Shown here: in pieces, positions 48,546 to 61,097 of the stretch
Layout: each line of letters begins with the position of its first letter
Position numbering within the stretch: position 1 is the stretch's first letter
Origin: Isurus oxyrinchus
Lineage: Eukaryota
Direction: 5' to 3'
Length of the DNA stretch: 64,000 nucleotides
Assembly (NCBI GenBank): GCA_026770705.1
Contig: JANJGN010000017.1
Location: forward strand, 12,524,001 to 12,588,000
Made by a program: the position numbers and the translations under genes
The notes under the pieces: generated by a model
The model's database searches: none
What the model saw: the letters and a program-made list of their open reading frames with translations, nothing else
What the model was told of the DNA's origin: nothing

Positions 48546-49649
48546 ACTCTTTTCCCATATCATTGTTATTTTTTCTCCTTCAGATATTTATCAAGTTTCC
48601 TCTGAAAGTGACTACTGAATCTGTTTCCACCACCCTATCAGGTGGTGCATTCCAAATCTTAACTATGCACTGCATTAAAATGTTTCTCCTCATGTCACCT
48701 CTGATTCTTTAAGTCCATTATTTGCATTTTACATTTATTTTATTTAAGAACTCCCCTGTGAGCTGTCTTGAGACACTTCATTATGTTAAAGATGCCATAT
48801 GAAGGCATATTATTGTAGTTGGGAAAAGTGAAATTAGAGAATTGCATGTAGAGCCAGAGAATTATTCATCAAAGTAACATGGGACAAGATTTTTCAGATG
48901 GCAGGGTTTCCCACCCCACCATCTGAAGAGTCTACGGGGAATACATCCCTGCTGATACTGGCCACTCTACAGCATTTGATGCTTCAAAGTTGAAAGCACA
49001 GTCACTGGAAATACAGGAGAGGGGACATTAATAATTGTCTGCATTGCTCTTACAAATTCTACATTCTCCCACCGCCCCACCCCACCGCCCATAACTCCTA
49101 CCAGCATTCATGATCAGTATAGAAACGCACATGATCTTTGTTTTTGTAGACCATTTAGTTGTATACAATGAAGCATTACAGGCCAAATTTAAAATTTAAA
49201 CCCACATCCCACATGCTATGCAGCATAGTATTTAGGACCCTGCAACTAGTTTACTGAGGTGTGGCATAGATTTTTACTACTGATGCATCATTTTATTAGT
49301 TTCATTTTCTGTCATGTTACAAGGTAACTTCACTCACAGAAATATCATAGTGCATTTGTGGAAAATTTGGTAAGATTCCAGATTGTTCTTATTGACATGA
49401 TTCTTTGGCTTCTTTGATTCACATCCTTGTGTCATACCTTCAGGCCAGGTACCAAAAAGTGAGGCTGCACACAATGACAACTTCAAGGTGCATAAGCAAA
49501 GAGGGAATTAGATACGCCGTGAATTCTAGATGTGTCTTATGGTTTAAATCTTGTTGTTACGTACCCTCAGTAAACTAAACAAATTCAATTGCTGGAGATG
49601 GATTAAGCAATTCAGACCAAATAACACCACTTTACACCTGTATCCAGCC

Positions 49650-50340
49650 TTAATGTAGCAAAAAGTTTAAAGGGATTCCAAAGGTGACTTTAATGTAATA
49701 AAATGTCCCAAGATGTTCCAGAGGTGTGATTATCAAACAAGATTTGACACTGAGCAAGGTAAGGAGTTGTTGATCAAAGAGGTAGGTTTTGGGGAGTGTC
49801 TTGAAGGAGGAGGGAGGGAGATTTATGGAAGGAAGTTTGGAACTTACAGTCCAGATAAAAAGGCACCAATGGTGTAGCAAAGAAAATATGTGCTACACAA
49901 GGGCAGAGATGGAGGGGAAAACATACATTGAGCAGGAATTAGAAAATAAGTTTGTTATAATGGCCTTAGGCCCAGCCAAAGGGGTTTGTTCAGTGGACAC
50001 CTTCGAAGGCTGGAGAGGTAAGTATTGAGAATTTAAGTAGACAGTTTTACAATGGGGTGGCACAATGGCTGATAGCTCTGCCATCGATGTTGAAGGAGGG
50101 GATTAGAGAAACCACAGTAGGTCAGAGATGGTTGATTGGAAGGTGCAAGCAAAGGAGGTCCCTGAGGCAAAACAGGAAGAGGCCAGGCAGGGATTTGTAA
50201 AGGAAGTTGGAGATTTTGAAATCCATGTATTTAGGGATGAGAAGCTTGTGGAGTTTGGCAAAAAGGGAAGAAATAGGATAATGGGACTACGTGCAAGATA
50301 GGAAGGCAGTGGCAGGGTTTTGGACAACAAGGAGTCCCTG
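49650..50340 (-). mobile_element. Old L2-like LINE 3' fragment
   Basis: SFKTLPKTYLFDQ resembles the L2 ORF2 C-terminus, followed by a tail (EHLGTFYYIK frame) of the type shared with SINEs. Confidence 0.55.
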
Positions 50341-50667
50341 TAGCATTGAGTTTTACCAGCAAGAAGAGCAAGGCACGGATGAGATCTTCTCAGTGAGGCC
50401 TTGGTGGGATTTGAAGTTAATCTCAAAATCAGACAAGACATATACAGAAAGACATCGATTCCTTCCTCTCAGACTGAGCCCTTAACAGTCATAATTTCTG
50501 TTTTTCTCCCCCAATGCCCTCACCAGTACACTCCCGTCCTCTCCTGAAGATATTGAATCACACAGAAGTACAGTTCCACAGGGGCTGGCTACCCTGCAAA
50601 ACCTCATACAAGTATGTGAGCTAGATCTAACCCAAGTCAGTGAATGTCAGTAGGCTGTTCAACAAGC

Positions 50668-52839
50668 TGTCATGATGGGGGGGGGTGTCAAAAAGCTCCC
50701 CTCTTTGCCCTCTCCTCACTTGACCAAAATGAATTTTTTGTTTGGAAAAGGTTATACTTGCTAATTCAGTGAGCACTTAACTGTTTATGCACTGTGATCA
50801 TAAAAGAACCAATAGGACAGGTTTTCTTGAGTTTAACAAAGAAAAAGGTTAGCTTTATTATTCTTAAACAAATCTAAGTAAACTAACAAAAAATTTTTTA
50901 TTCATTCATGGGATGTGGGCTTTGCTGGCTGGGCTAGAATTTATTGCCCATCCCTAGTTGCCCTTGAGAAGGTGGTGGTGAGCTGTCTTCTTGAACCGCT
51001 GCAGTCCAAATGGTGGAGGTACACCCACAGTGCTGTTAGGGAGGGAGTTCCAGGATTTTGTCCCAGTGACAGTGAAGGAATGGTGATATATTTCCAAGTC
51101 AGGAGAGTGACTTGGAGGGGAACTTCCAGGTGGTGGTGTTCCCATCTTTCTGCTCCCCTTGTCCTTCTAGATGGTAGTGGTCATGGGTTTGGAAGGTGCT
51201 GTCTAAGGAGTCTTGGTGAATTCCTGCAGTACATCTTGTAAATGATAAACACTGCTGCTACTGTGCATCGGTGGTGGAGGGAGTGAATGTTTGTGGATGT
51301 GGTGCCAATCAGGCGGGCTGCTTTGTATTGGATGGTGTCCAGCTTCTTGAGTGTTGTTGGAGCTGCATTCAACCAGGCAAATGGGGAGTATTCCATCACA
51401 CTCCCAACTTGTGCCTTGTAGATGGTGGACAGGATTTGGGGAGTCAGGAGGTGAGTTACTCGTCACATGATTCCTAGTCTCTGACCTGCTCTTGTATCCA
51501 AAGTATTTATATGGCTAGTCTAGTTCAGTTTCTGGTCAATGGTAATCCCCAGGATGTTGATAGTGGGGGATTCAGTAATGGTAATGCCAGTGAACATTAA
51601 GGGGCAAAGTTTGGATTCTCTCTAGTTGGAGATGGTCATTGCCTGACATTTGTGTGGTGCGAATGTTACTTGCCACTTGTCAGCCCAAGCCTGGATATTG
51701 TCCAGGTCTTGCTGCCTTTGGACATGGACCGCTTCAGTATCTGAGGAGTCTTGAATGGTGCTGAACATTGTGCAATCATCAGCGACCATCCACACATCTG
51801 ACCTCATGATGGAGGGAAGGTCATTGCTGAAGCAGCTGAAGATGGTTGGGCCTAGGACACTACCCTGAGGAAATCCTGCAGTGATGTCCTGGAGCTGAGA
51901 AGACTGACCTCCAACAAGCACAACCATCTTCCTTTGTGCTAGGTATGACTCTAACCAGCGGAGTACAGAATATGCACTGACTTTCACACATAGATACACA
52001 TTCGACATTCACACACACACACACACTAATACAGATTACATTGTGGAAAGGATAGGTTAGAGTCCATTAAAAAAAGTAAAAGAGTATGCAGCCTATAGTT
52101 TGGTGACTCAGCTGATTTCAGGCTTGATTTAATGATCTCAATTCTTCCAATTTAAAGATTTAGAAGACTCAGTTGGTTGTTTCTCGGGAGACTGTTTTGC
52201 TGAGTTGCATTCTTTTAAGAAATCTCTGGTCTGCAGCAGGGCATCCCTGGATGATCACAATCAGCAAACAGAGCTTGAAGCTTACCAGGTGGACTGGAGA
52301 AGAAAGGGAGGCAGGAGGTACCCAGTTAAGACTTCTCCCTAGGTTCCTTGCCCTCAGTTCTGCTGAGAAAACATGCTTCAAACATTGGTTTGTCATGTGA
52401 ACTTCTTTCTCCAACTGCCAATGTCAAAAAGGAGACATTGTCCATTGATTCCAAGAGTGACTTCATTAGCCCATGTCTGGAAGCTAACTTAGCCAGGTCC
52501 CATTGTCCAAGTGATTAGTCTTGATGGCCCATCTCCAACAGTTGAATACTTCAACAGTTGATTGCCATAGATGCCTTGCTAATGAGTTAGGAGATGTGTG
52601 TCTTTCACAGTCCCCTGAAGTCATTGCCTTTGATAGATTTTGCAGACGGACTGACTCCACTCCAATGAATTAGAATGTGGAATGTATAGTAATGCATATT
52701 GGGGTTATCCATCTTGGGGTCTGAGTTCAAGTCACTTTTATCTCTGTGCTTTTAAAAAGTCTCTTTTTAAAAGCTCAATTCAGGTTTCTAGCCGAAGGAT
52801 TAAAAATTATTATTTGCTATAAAGCACATCTTCATGGCA
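50668..52839. mobile_element. Possible solo LTR, interrupted by a LINE
   Basis: Termini TGTCATGA...TCATGGCA (TG...CA short inverted ends). Flanks aagc/aaga form an imperfect 4-bp TSD. Length is about 1.1 kb after removing the nested LINE. Confidence 0.35.
50896..51962 (-). mobile_element. 5'-truncated CR1-clade LINE with intact 3' end
   Basis: WLESYLAQRKM...PQGSVLGPTIFSCF...VADDCTMF...WADKWQVTFAPHKCQ and MEYSPFAWLNA. The 3' tail is at ~50896. Confidence 0.9.
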
Positions 52840-54319
52840 AAGAAGACCATCACAGCAAAGCTTGATGTCTATGGACATGCACTTTCCACGATGAGATCAC
52901 AGGATGAATAACAATCAGCAGTTGAATTCCTGGTTAAGAGTTGCTAAGGCCAATTATATATCCTTTATTGCCACATTGGACTTAATGCAGAGTGGCAATT
53001 GAACCGGTCATATCCCTGGTCTCTGTGGCTCAGTTCCACACTGGGCAGTGCATTTACCTCTGAGTCATCCAAGAATACCAATTTCTCTTTCGTGTCAGCC
53101 AATCAAATGGGAAATTTATCTTGACACATGTAACAAAGTGGTAAACCTGTTAACCAAATCTTCCTGCTCCAGTGTAACTATCGGAGGTTTGACAAGGTGA
53201 GAATTGTGTCCACTGGACTGACCTGGCACTGGCACCAGAGAATGTTTTGAGCTGGAGGGAGGGAGTGACAAATTCCTGTTACAGGCATACTTTCTTATTA
53301 TCAGTCTACAGGCAGAAGACTTGATGAGATAAATTAGATTGAAGTGGCATTGTGACAAAAATGACATTTTTCTTGTGTGCCAGTTGCTCCACAAATAAAA
53401 GAACATTTTGCCAAAGGCATTTTCACATTTTAAAACAACGCCCTGAAATTAAGTTGTAAACTTATTTTTAAAACACAAATATGCCTTTCGCATATAATTA
53501 TTTACAGATATTTGGATGAAGTTTCATTGTCCACAGTTTACACTGTTTGTTTAAATTTCATTCAGTTTGTTTGCTAAAATTGCACAGCATAATTTCAAAG
53601 TCTGCAATGTATAACGTTGCTGAAATAAACAAATTTGTTCTAGAGGAAAGCATTTTGAGTAATTTCTTCAGTTGGTCAGCCATGGATGAGAGGTAGCAGC
53701 CTTGGCTAAAGGCAGAAGGTTGTGGGCTGAGGTCCCACCCCAGAGAATTGAGCCAAACAAAATCTAGGCTGACCCTCCAGTATTGAGGGAGTGCTGAACA
53801 CAGTCAGATGTGGCAACTTTTGGAAGAGACATAAAACTATGTTTGAATTATGGCACACATCTCACTTTGATGGTAGTATAACTCCTGTTTATTGCCAATT
53901 ATTGACGAGATACTGCTTCTTTCAGGCTGATGCTAAATCCTCAGTCTGAAAAGGCGGCTTACTGAGGTAGGGTGCAGGGGGCACCAATATTGCCAGTGTC
54001 ACCACCATCTCTTCAAACTCCATGTCTGATTCTCTAATTACAAGATCTGGGGATGGTCAGGCAATGGAAAATCAAGTGAAGCAAAGCACAGGATTGCATA
54101 AGTGCAGTTGTCTCTCTCAATGATACCAGTGTGGAATCCATTTCAACAGAGGTTTATCACAGTTTGGTCAGCAATAAAGTTTATCACAGTATGGTCAGTC
54201 ACGTCAATTCTGTCCTCAGTATCCCTATGCTAGGAAAGGGGGAGAAAGAAATCAGTCAGAGACCCTTCCCAGTCATGATTGTTATCCAGTGACTTGTATT
54301 CTAAAATTAGGAATTTTAT

Positions 54320-55195
54320 ATAGGGATAGGGCCATTCAGCCGCTCAAGCCTGTTCCACCATGCAATTAGATCATAATTGATCTGTATCTTAACTCCATTT
54401 ATCCATCTTTGTTCTGTAACTCGTAATACCCTTGTCTAACAAAAATCTATCTATAACAGAAACAGAAATACCTGGAAAAACTCAGCAGGTCTGGCAGCAT
54501 CGGCGGAGAAGAAAAGAGTTGACGTTCCGAGTCCTCAGGACCCTTCGACAGAACTAGTTTTGGATTTCCAGCATCCGCAGTTTTTTTGTTTTTATCTCTT
54601 TTTGTTTTTGTTCTGTTGAAGGGTCATGAGGACTCGAAACATCAACTGTGCTCTCCTCTGCCGATGCTGCCAGGCCTGCTGAGTTTTTCCAGGTATTTCT
54701 GTTTCTGTTTTTGTTTTGGATTTCCAGCATCCGCAGTTTTTTGCTTTAAAAAATCTATCTATCACTGTTTTGAAATTTTAACCTGACCCCCCCCAGCCTC
54801 AACAGCTTTTTGGAGATGGGAGTCCCATAGTTCCTCACACCTTTGTGGAAGGAAGTACGTCCTGACATTACCCCTAAATGTCCCAGTTCTCATTCGAAGG
54901 TTACATCCCCTTGTTCTGGACTGTCCTACCAGAGGAAATAGTTTCTCCCTATCTATCCTATCAAATCCTTTAATCATCTTAAACGCCTCAATTAGATCAG
55001 CCCCTTATCTTCTATACTCAAGGGAATGCAAGTCATAGTCCATGCAACCTGTCCTCATACTTTAACCCATTTAGCCCCAGTACTGTTCCGGTGAATCTGC
55101 ACTGCACCCACTCCAGAGCCAGTATATTCTTCATGAGGCACAGTGCCCAGAACTTAATGTGGTACTGCAGGTGGAGATTTAACCAAAGCTTTATG
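54320..55195 (-). mobile_element. CR1 3' fragment hosting a mini-element insertion
   Basis: MIKGFDRIDREKLFPLVGQSRTRG and the CR1 terminal motif at ~54330. Confidence 0.82.
54455..54748. mobile_element. 294-bp fold-back Penelope-derived insertion with an HHR motif on each strand
   Basis: Arms 54455-54556 and 54610-~54710 are reverse complements. The insertion is flanked by the direct repeat AAAAATCTATCTAT (54441-54454 and 54749-54762). Confidence 0.85.
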
Positions 55196-55363
55196 CAGCC
55201 AGGATGTAACTACCACAAGGACATCAGCCTGAGTTTGGTAATGCTACGTACCAATGAAATAATGGGGGCGACACTGAATGCATTTAAATGAAAGAAGAGC
55301 ACTGACCAGTGACAATGGGATTCTCCCTCCATCAGCTCCCCTCTATATAAATGTGCTCACTGT

Positions 55364-55655
55364 TCAAAAATAAGGGGTCACCCATTTAAGACAGAGATAA
55401 GGAAAAAAATTTTCTCTCACAGGATTGTGAGACTTTGGAACTCTCTTCCTCAAAAGGTGGTTGAAGCAGAGTCTTTGAATATCTTTAAGGCAGAGGTAGA
55501 TAGATCCTTGATAAGCAAGGGGTGAAAGGTTATTGGGGATAGACAATAATGTGGAGCTGAGGTTAAAGTTAGATCAGCCGCGATATTATTGAATGGTGGA
55601 GCAGGCTCGAAGGGCTGAGTGGCCTACTCCTGCTCCTTATTCGTATGTTCATATG
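55364..55655 (+). mobile_element. CR1 3' end
   Basis: Same 3' UTR as 11640-11920 and 57500-57790, ending ggcctactcctgctccttattcgtatgttcatatg. Confidence 0.85.
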
Positions 55656-56509
55656 TTGGGGGACTGACAGTATTGCAAACTGCTGGAAATGTTGATCTGC
55701 AATGTTTCAAACAATTATATGGAAGCCTGTGGTGAAATCCATCATAGCTTTCAGCAGAAGCTGTCGAATGAGCAGTGCTTCAGGCGTGCATAACATTCCG
55801 GGAAGCCATGGCACAGATGACCCCTGCTACACCCATCAATTAATTCTTCAATGATGGAGACTCGTGAGGCCAGGTTAAAATCTACAAAGAAAATAAACAC
55901 ACCCACCCAGAAATTACTCCCCACATTTTTGTTTTCTCCCCGACCTGACTGAAATTGGTTTTAACATGCCACCAAACAGTATCATGATCCAGAAGATCGG
56001 GCTGTATAGAAAAGAACGCGTAGCTGTGGTGTTTCGGAGACATCAATATAGGATAGTCATTAAAAAAATCCAGTAAAGAATTCAGGAGAAAGCTCTTTGC
56101 CCAGAACGGTTAGAATGTGGAATTTGCTACTGAATGTGGAATGGTGGGTTAAGATGAATAGCAGAGACGCCTTTCAAGGAAAGCTATATAAGTATGTATA
56201 GGAGGAAGGATTAGAAAGGTATGTGGAGGGAGATGGATGAAGAAGATTGGAAGGAGGGTTATGTGGAGCATAAAGACCAGCATAGGCCAAATGGCCTGTT
56301 TCTGTACTTGAAACTCTATGTAAAATGTCAACCAAACTACTAATTTGGCACCTGTAGATTTGTTTCTGCATTTTTAGTTATAGGTACTATTTGCAAGTTT
56401 TTTAAACTATCTTTTATAATATTGTGGGCACAGTCAGACAGAAGGGCTGTGCAAAAATGACAAACACACTCTCATGACAAGCCACTGAACAGAGATGAAA
56501 GAGGGAGAA

Positions 56510-57045
56510 AGGACGATCAAGCTCGAGGAACGAGGCCTTATCTTTTGCCTCAGCACTCTACAGTCTTCTGGGCTCAACATTGAGTTCAGCAACTTTAGAT
56601 CATAGCCTCGACCTAACCATCCTGTTCTATGCGATATTTTCTTCCCTTTTTCCTTAGTTTTGCTGGGTCGGTCTTTGTCTTGTTTCTTTCTTAATCCCTT
56701 CATGTTGCATTCAGATGATTTTTATGTAGCAATTCACAGCTCATTTGGACACAACCTTTGTTTCTTTGCTATATCCAGTGACCACTCTCGTGAAATCTTT
56801 TGTTATTTAATCTCTCCTGCCCTCCACCCCATCACGGAGCTTCTCTTTTATTCTTCCTGCCCCCTCTCCCTTTCCACTGGCTTAAAAGCTCTTACATTTC
56901 TATCTTTCTTCAATTCTAATGAAAGACCACCAACGTGAAACATTAACCCTGTTTCTCTCTCCACAGGTGCTGCCTGAACTGCTGCATTTTTCCAGCTTTT
57001 TCTTTTTTTATGTCAGATTTTCAGCATCCGCAGAATTTTGCTTTT
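56510..57045 (+). mobile_element. Degenerate Penelope-like 3' fragment
   Basis: caagctcgaggaac...ggctcaacattgagttcagcaactttagatcata (endonuclease C-terminus), a decayed HHR at ~56912-56947, and the tail tttcagcatccgcagaattttgc. Confidence 0.7.
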
Positions 57046-57157
57046 GTACGAGAGAAGGCAAGGCTCACTTATTCTCTAATTGCATCTCTCAGGAACATCT
57101 CAAAGCACATCATGTAAATTGTTACTGTCCTGATCAGAAGACATGAAGGAAAATATA

Positions 57158-57884
57158 TATTGCTGAAAAAAGAGACATCTAAGTTTTTTGTTTGGCACTC
57201 ATCAGGACACTCGCAAAAATACCAATACAAGGGGAAAACAACCATTTATACCGTATACAGTATTGGTCACCTTATTTAAGGAAGGATGTAAATGCGTTGG
57301 AAGCAGTTCAGTGAATGTTTACCAGACTAATATCTGGAATGGGCAGGTTGTCTTATGAGGAAAGCTTGGACAGACTAGGCTTGGATCCGCTGGAGTTTAG
57401 AAGAGTAAGAGGTGATTTGATTGAAACACATAAGATTCTTAGGGGTCTTGACAGGGTGGGTATGGAGAGGGTGTTTCCTCTTGCGGAAAAATCTTGAACT
57501 AGGAGTCACTGTTTAAAAATAATGGGTCAGCCAATGAGGCAAAATTTTTCACTGAGAGTGTCGTGAGTCTTTGGAACTCCCTTCCTAAAAAGGCGGTGGA
57601 AGCAGAGTCTTTGAATATTTTTAAGGCAGAGGTGGATAGATTCTTGGTAGGCAAGGGGATAATAAGTTATCGGGCGTAGGCAGAAGCAAATTTAAGGTAA
57701 TTATCAGATCAGCCATGATTTTATTAAATGGCGGAGCTGGCTTGAGGGGCTGAATGGCCTACTCCTGCTCCCTGTTCATATGTTCGTATGTGGAATTGTT
57801 GTTTTCCCCCTTATATTGGTATTCTTGTGAATGTCCTGATGAGTGCAAGATGATAACTTTAGACATGTCGCTCTTTCAGCAATA
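57158..57884. repeat. Inverted ~85-bp arms (57158-57241 and 57799-57884), each with a CTGATGA hammerhead-like core, enclosing a CR1 fragment
   Basis: The right arm ttgttttcccccttatattggtattcttgtgaatgtcctgatgagtgcaag...gacatgtcgctctttcagcaata is the reverse complement of the left arm, with substitutions. Confidence 0.75.
57255..57790 (+). mobile_element. CR1 3' fragment
   Basis: FTRLISGMGRLSYEESLDRLGLDPLEFRRVRGDLIETHKILRG plus the 3' UTR. Confidence 0.88.
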
Positions 57885-59059
57885 CTCAGGTTCTGTACTA
57901 CCAAATGACTATTTGAAAATAAATATGTGTATCTATGTCACCCTGGCTACTTTATAAAATTATTATTTTCCTTTTGAAATGGACAAATGACCGGACTGAT
58001 AAAATGGCCACCACTGACTACATGATTGGCAGCTCTGTAAGTTTCTGAGCAGTTTAAAAGTAGACAAATTATAACACATTAATGTAACACTTCTGCATTG
58101 TATGAACATTCCAGCCAAGCCAACACAAAGGATAGTAGACGAGGCGTCTGCACAGCCAGCAATGGACAATGGCAGAGCAATTTGTAACTCCTCATCTCCA
58201 ATGTTGTGCTAATGGTTTTACAATTACCTGCTCAAAACACAACGGGTTTTACCAAGAAGCTTCATTAGCTAAATAGCTCAACCCAAAATCACCCTGCCAC
58301 ATGACCGAGACTTGAGCTGCTTGAATTGTTTTAATTATACAGCTTTCAGATTCCAATTTCTGTCACTCTGGCCAGGTGGTACAACTGGTCCCCATCTAAC
58401 CTGACTCTGCTGGGAAGAATTTGTACTATTCCCTATAGAACTGATTCAATCTCTGTATGCCTACTTCATCTTGGGATAGCAACACCACCATTCTTACACC
58501 ACTGGTCTTCAGCCAGCGGAACTCTGCGAAAGAATTCCTCATTGAACTTTGATTCTGAACTTTCTCTCATGTGAAACCATAATTCTTATCATTATTGTGG
58601 TCTCTGCCCTAAACCTCTTTCTCTTATTCTTTTTTTTTGTATGAATGCAAGAAAAGGCGGGTGTTGCGAAACGACTTTCCCGCGATTAGTGTGCATATAA
58701 AATAAATCAACCTGGTATTTTACCTTATCTCGCCTTTGCTGTGAGGCTATTAAGAGAGGATTAGATCACTCCAAACTGAAAGGTTGGGGAACTTTTATAA
58801 AAGGGGAAAATTAAAAAAATCAAACACCTTCTTGTTTACGGATGGGTAGTGAGTGGAGAAATCAGGGCTGTTTGAAATTAAACACCCTCCTGTCCGTAAT
58901 GTTACACTGGGATGGTTAATCCAGGCCACCTCTGCAATGCTGCACTAAGGATTGCTGCATTTCCAGAGATGCTATAGTCAGACGTGAGGTTGAAACTCAG
59001 GTGTCAATCTGGTGAAGCTACAACACAGGATTAGTTGGAAGCCAAACAACAGGAGCAGC

Positions 59060-61097
59060 AAGCCATAGACAGAGCTAAGCAATCCTACGACCAACAGATC
59101 TAAACTTTTCAGTCCTACCACATTCAGTCGTGAATGGTGGTGGACAAATAAACAACTAACAGGAGGAGGAATACCCACCAACATTGCCATCCTCGATGAT
59201 GGGGGAGCCCATCACTACAGTGCAAATGACAAGGCTGATGAAGCAGTTGCAAACATCTGCAGCCAGAAATGCCTAGTGGATGATCCATCTCTGCCTCCTC
59301 CTGAGGTCCCCAGCATCTTAGATGCCAGCCATCAGCCAATTTTAAAATTGCTCAGCTGGGTCCTGTCCACAATAAGCATGTCAAATCCAATCCAGCCAGT
59401 TACTGTACCATCTGTCTACTTTCGATCATTAGGAAAATGTTGGAAGGTTTCATTGACTGTGCTATCAAGCAGCACTTACATAGCAATAACCTGCTCGCTG
59501 ACTCTCAGTTTGGGTTCCGCCAGTACCACTCAGCTCCTGATCTCATTACAGCCTTGATTCAAACATTGGGAAAAGAGCTGAACTCTAGAGGTGTGGTTAG
59601 AGTGACGGCTCTTGACATCAAGGCAGTATTTGACTGAGTGTGGCATCAAGGAGCCCTGGAAAAATTGAATTCACTGGGAATCAAGGGGAAAACTGTCCAT
59701 TGGTTGGAGTCATACCTAACATAAAGGAAGATAGTTGTGGTTGTTGGAGGTCAATCATCACAGCCCCAGGACATCGCTGCAAGAGTTCCTCAGGCAAGTG
59801 TCCTAGGCCCACCATCTTAAACTACTTTAACAATGACCTTCCTTCCATAAGGTCAGGAGCTAGGATGTTTGCTAATGATTGCACAATGTCTTTTTTTTAT
59901 ATTTGTTCATGAGGTGTGGGCATTGCTGGCTTGGCTAGCATTTATTGCCAATCCCCAATTGTCCCTTCGCATTTTAAGAGTCAACCACATTGCTGTGGGT
60001 CAGGAGTCACATGTAGACCAGACCAGGTAAGGGTGGCAGATTTCCTTCCCTAAAGCCCATTAATGAACTAGATGGATTTTTGTGACAATTGTTTCATGGT
60101 CATCATTAGACTTTTAATTCCAGATTTTTATTAGATTCAAATTGTACCATCTGCGGTGGTGGGATTCAAACCTGGGTCCCCAGTGCATTACCCTGGGTCT
60201 CTGGAATACTAGTCCAGTGTTAATACCAGTATGCCACCACCTTCCCCTATTCAGCACCATTCATGAATTCTCAGGTACTGAAGCAATTCACGTCCATATG
60301 CAGGAAGGCTTGGACAACATTTAGGCTTGGGCTGATAAGTGGCAAGTGACATTCATGCCACACAAATGCCAGGCAGTGACCATCACCAACAAGAGAGAAT
60401 CTAACCATCTCCCCATGGCATTCAATGACATTAGTATTGTGAATCTCCCACTGTCAACGTCTTGGGGGTTACCATTGACCAGAAACTGATATAAATATAT
60501 AAATACTGTGGCTACAATAGAAGGTCAGAGGCTAAAAATCTGCAGCGAGTAACTCACCTCCTGATTCTCCAAAGCCTCTCCACCATCTATAAACCACAAG
60601 TCAGAAGTGTGATGGAATACTCCCCACTTGTCTGGATGTGTACAGCTCCATCAACACTCAAGAAGCTTAATGGTATCCAGGACTAAGCAGCCCATTTGAT
60701 TGGCACCCCATCCACCAACCTAAACATTCATGTCTCCACCATCGACGTACAGTGGTAGCAGTGTGTATTATATAGAAGATGCACTGCAACAACTTGCCAA
60801 GGCTCCTTCGACAGCACCTTCCAAACCTCCAACCTCTACCACCTCGAAGGGCAAGGGCAGCAGATACATGGGAACACCACCACCTGCAAGTTGCCATCCA
60901 AGCCGCACACCATCCTGACTTGGAAATATATCACCGTTCCTTCACTGTTGCTGGGTCAAAATCCTGGAATTCCATCCCTAACAGCACTGTGGGTGTATCT
61001 ACAAACCACTACCTCACCGCTACCTTCTCAAGGGCAATTAGCGATGGGCAATAAATACTGGTCTTGCCAGACACGCCCACATCCCATGAAAGAATAA
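59060..61097 (+). mobile_element. Degenerate CR1-clade LINE (family of 1417-3390) with nested SINE
   Basis: DDPSLPPPEVPSI, QFGFRQYHSAPDLITAL, ALDIKAVFD and MFANDCTM. The 3' end reads ...gatgggcaataaatactgg...cccacatcccatgaaagaataaaa. Confidence 0.88.
59890..60250 (-). mobile_element. tRNA-derived SINE inserted in the LINE
   Basis: Poly-T at the left end. The host reads gcacaatgt|tcagcaccat across it. Minus-strand head GGTTTGAATCCCACC (B box). Homologous to 62190-62620. Confidence 0.75.
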
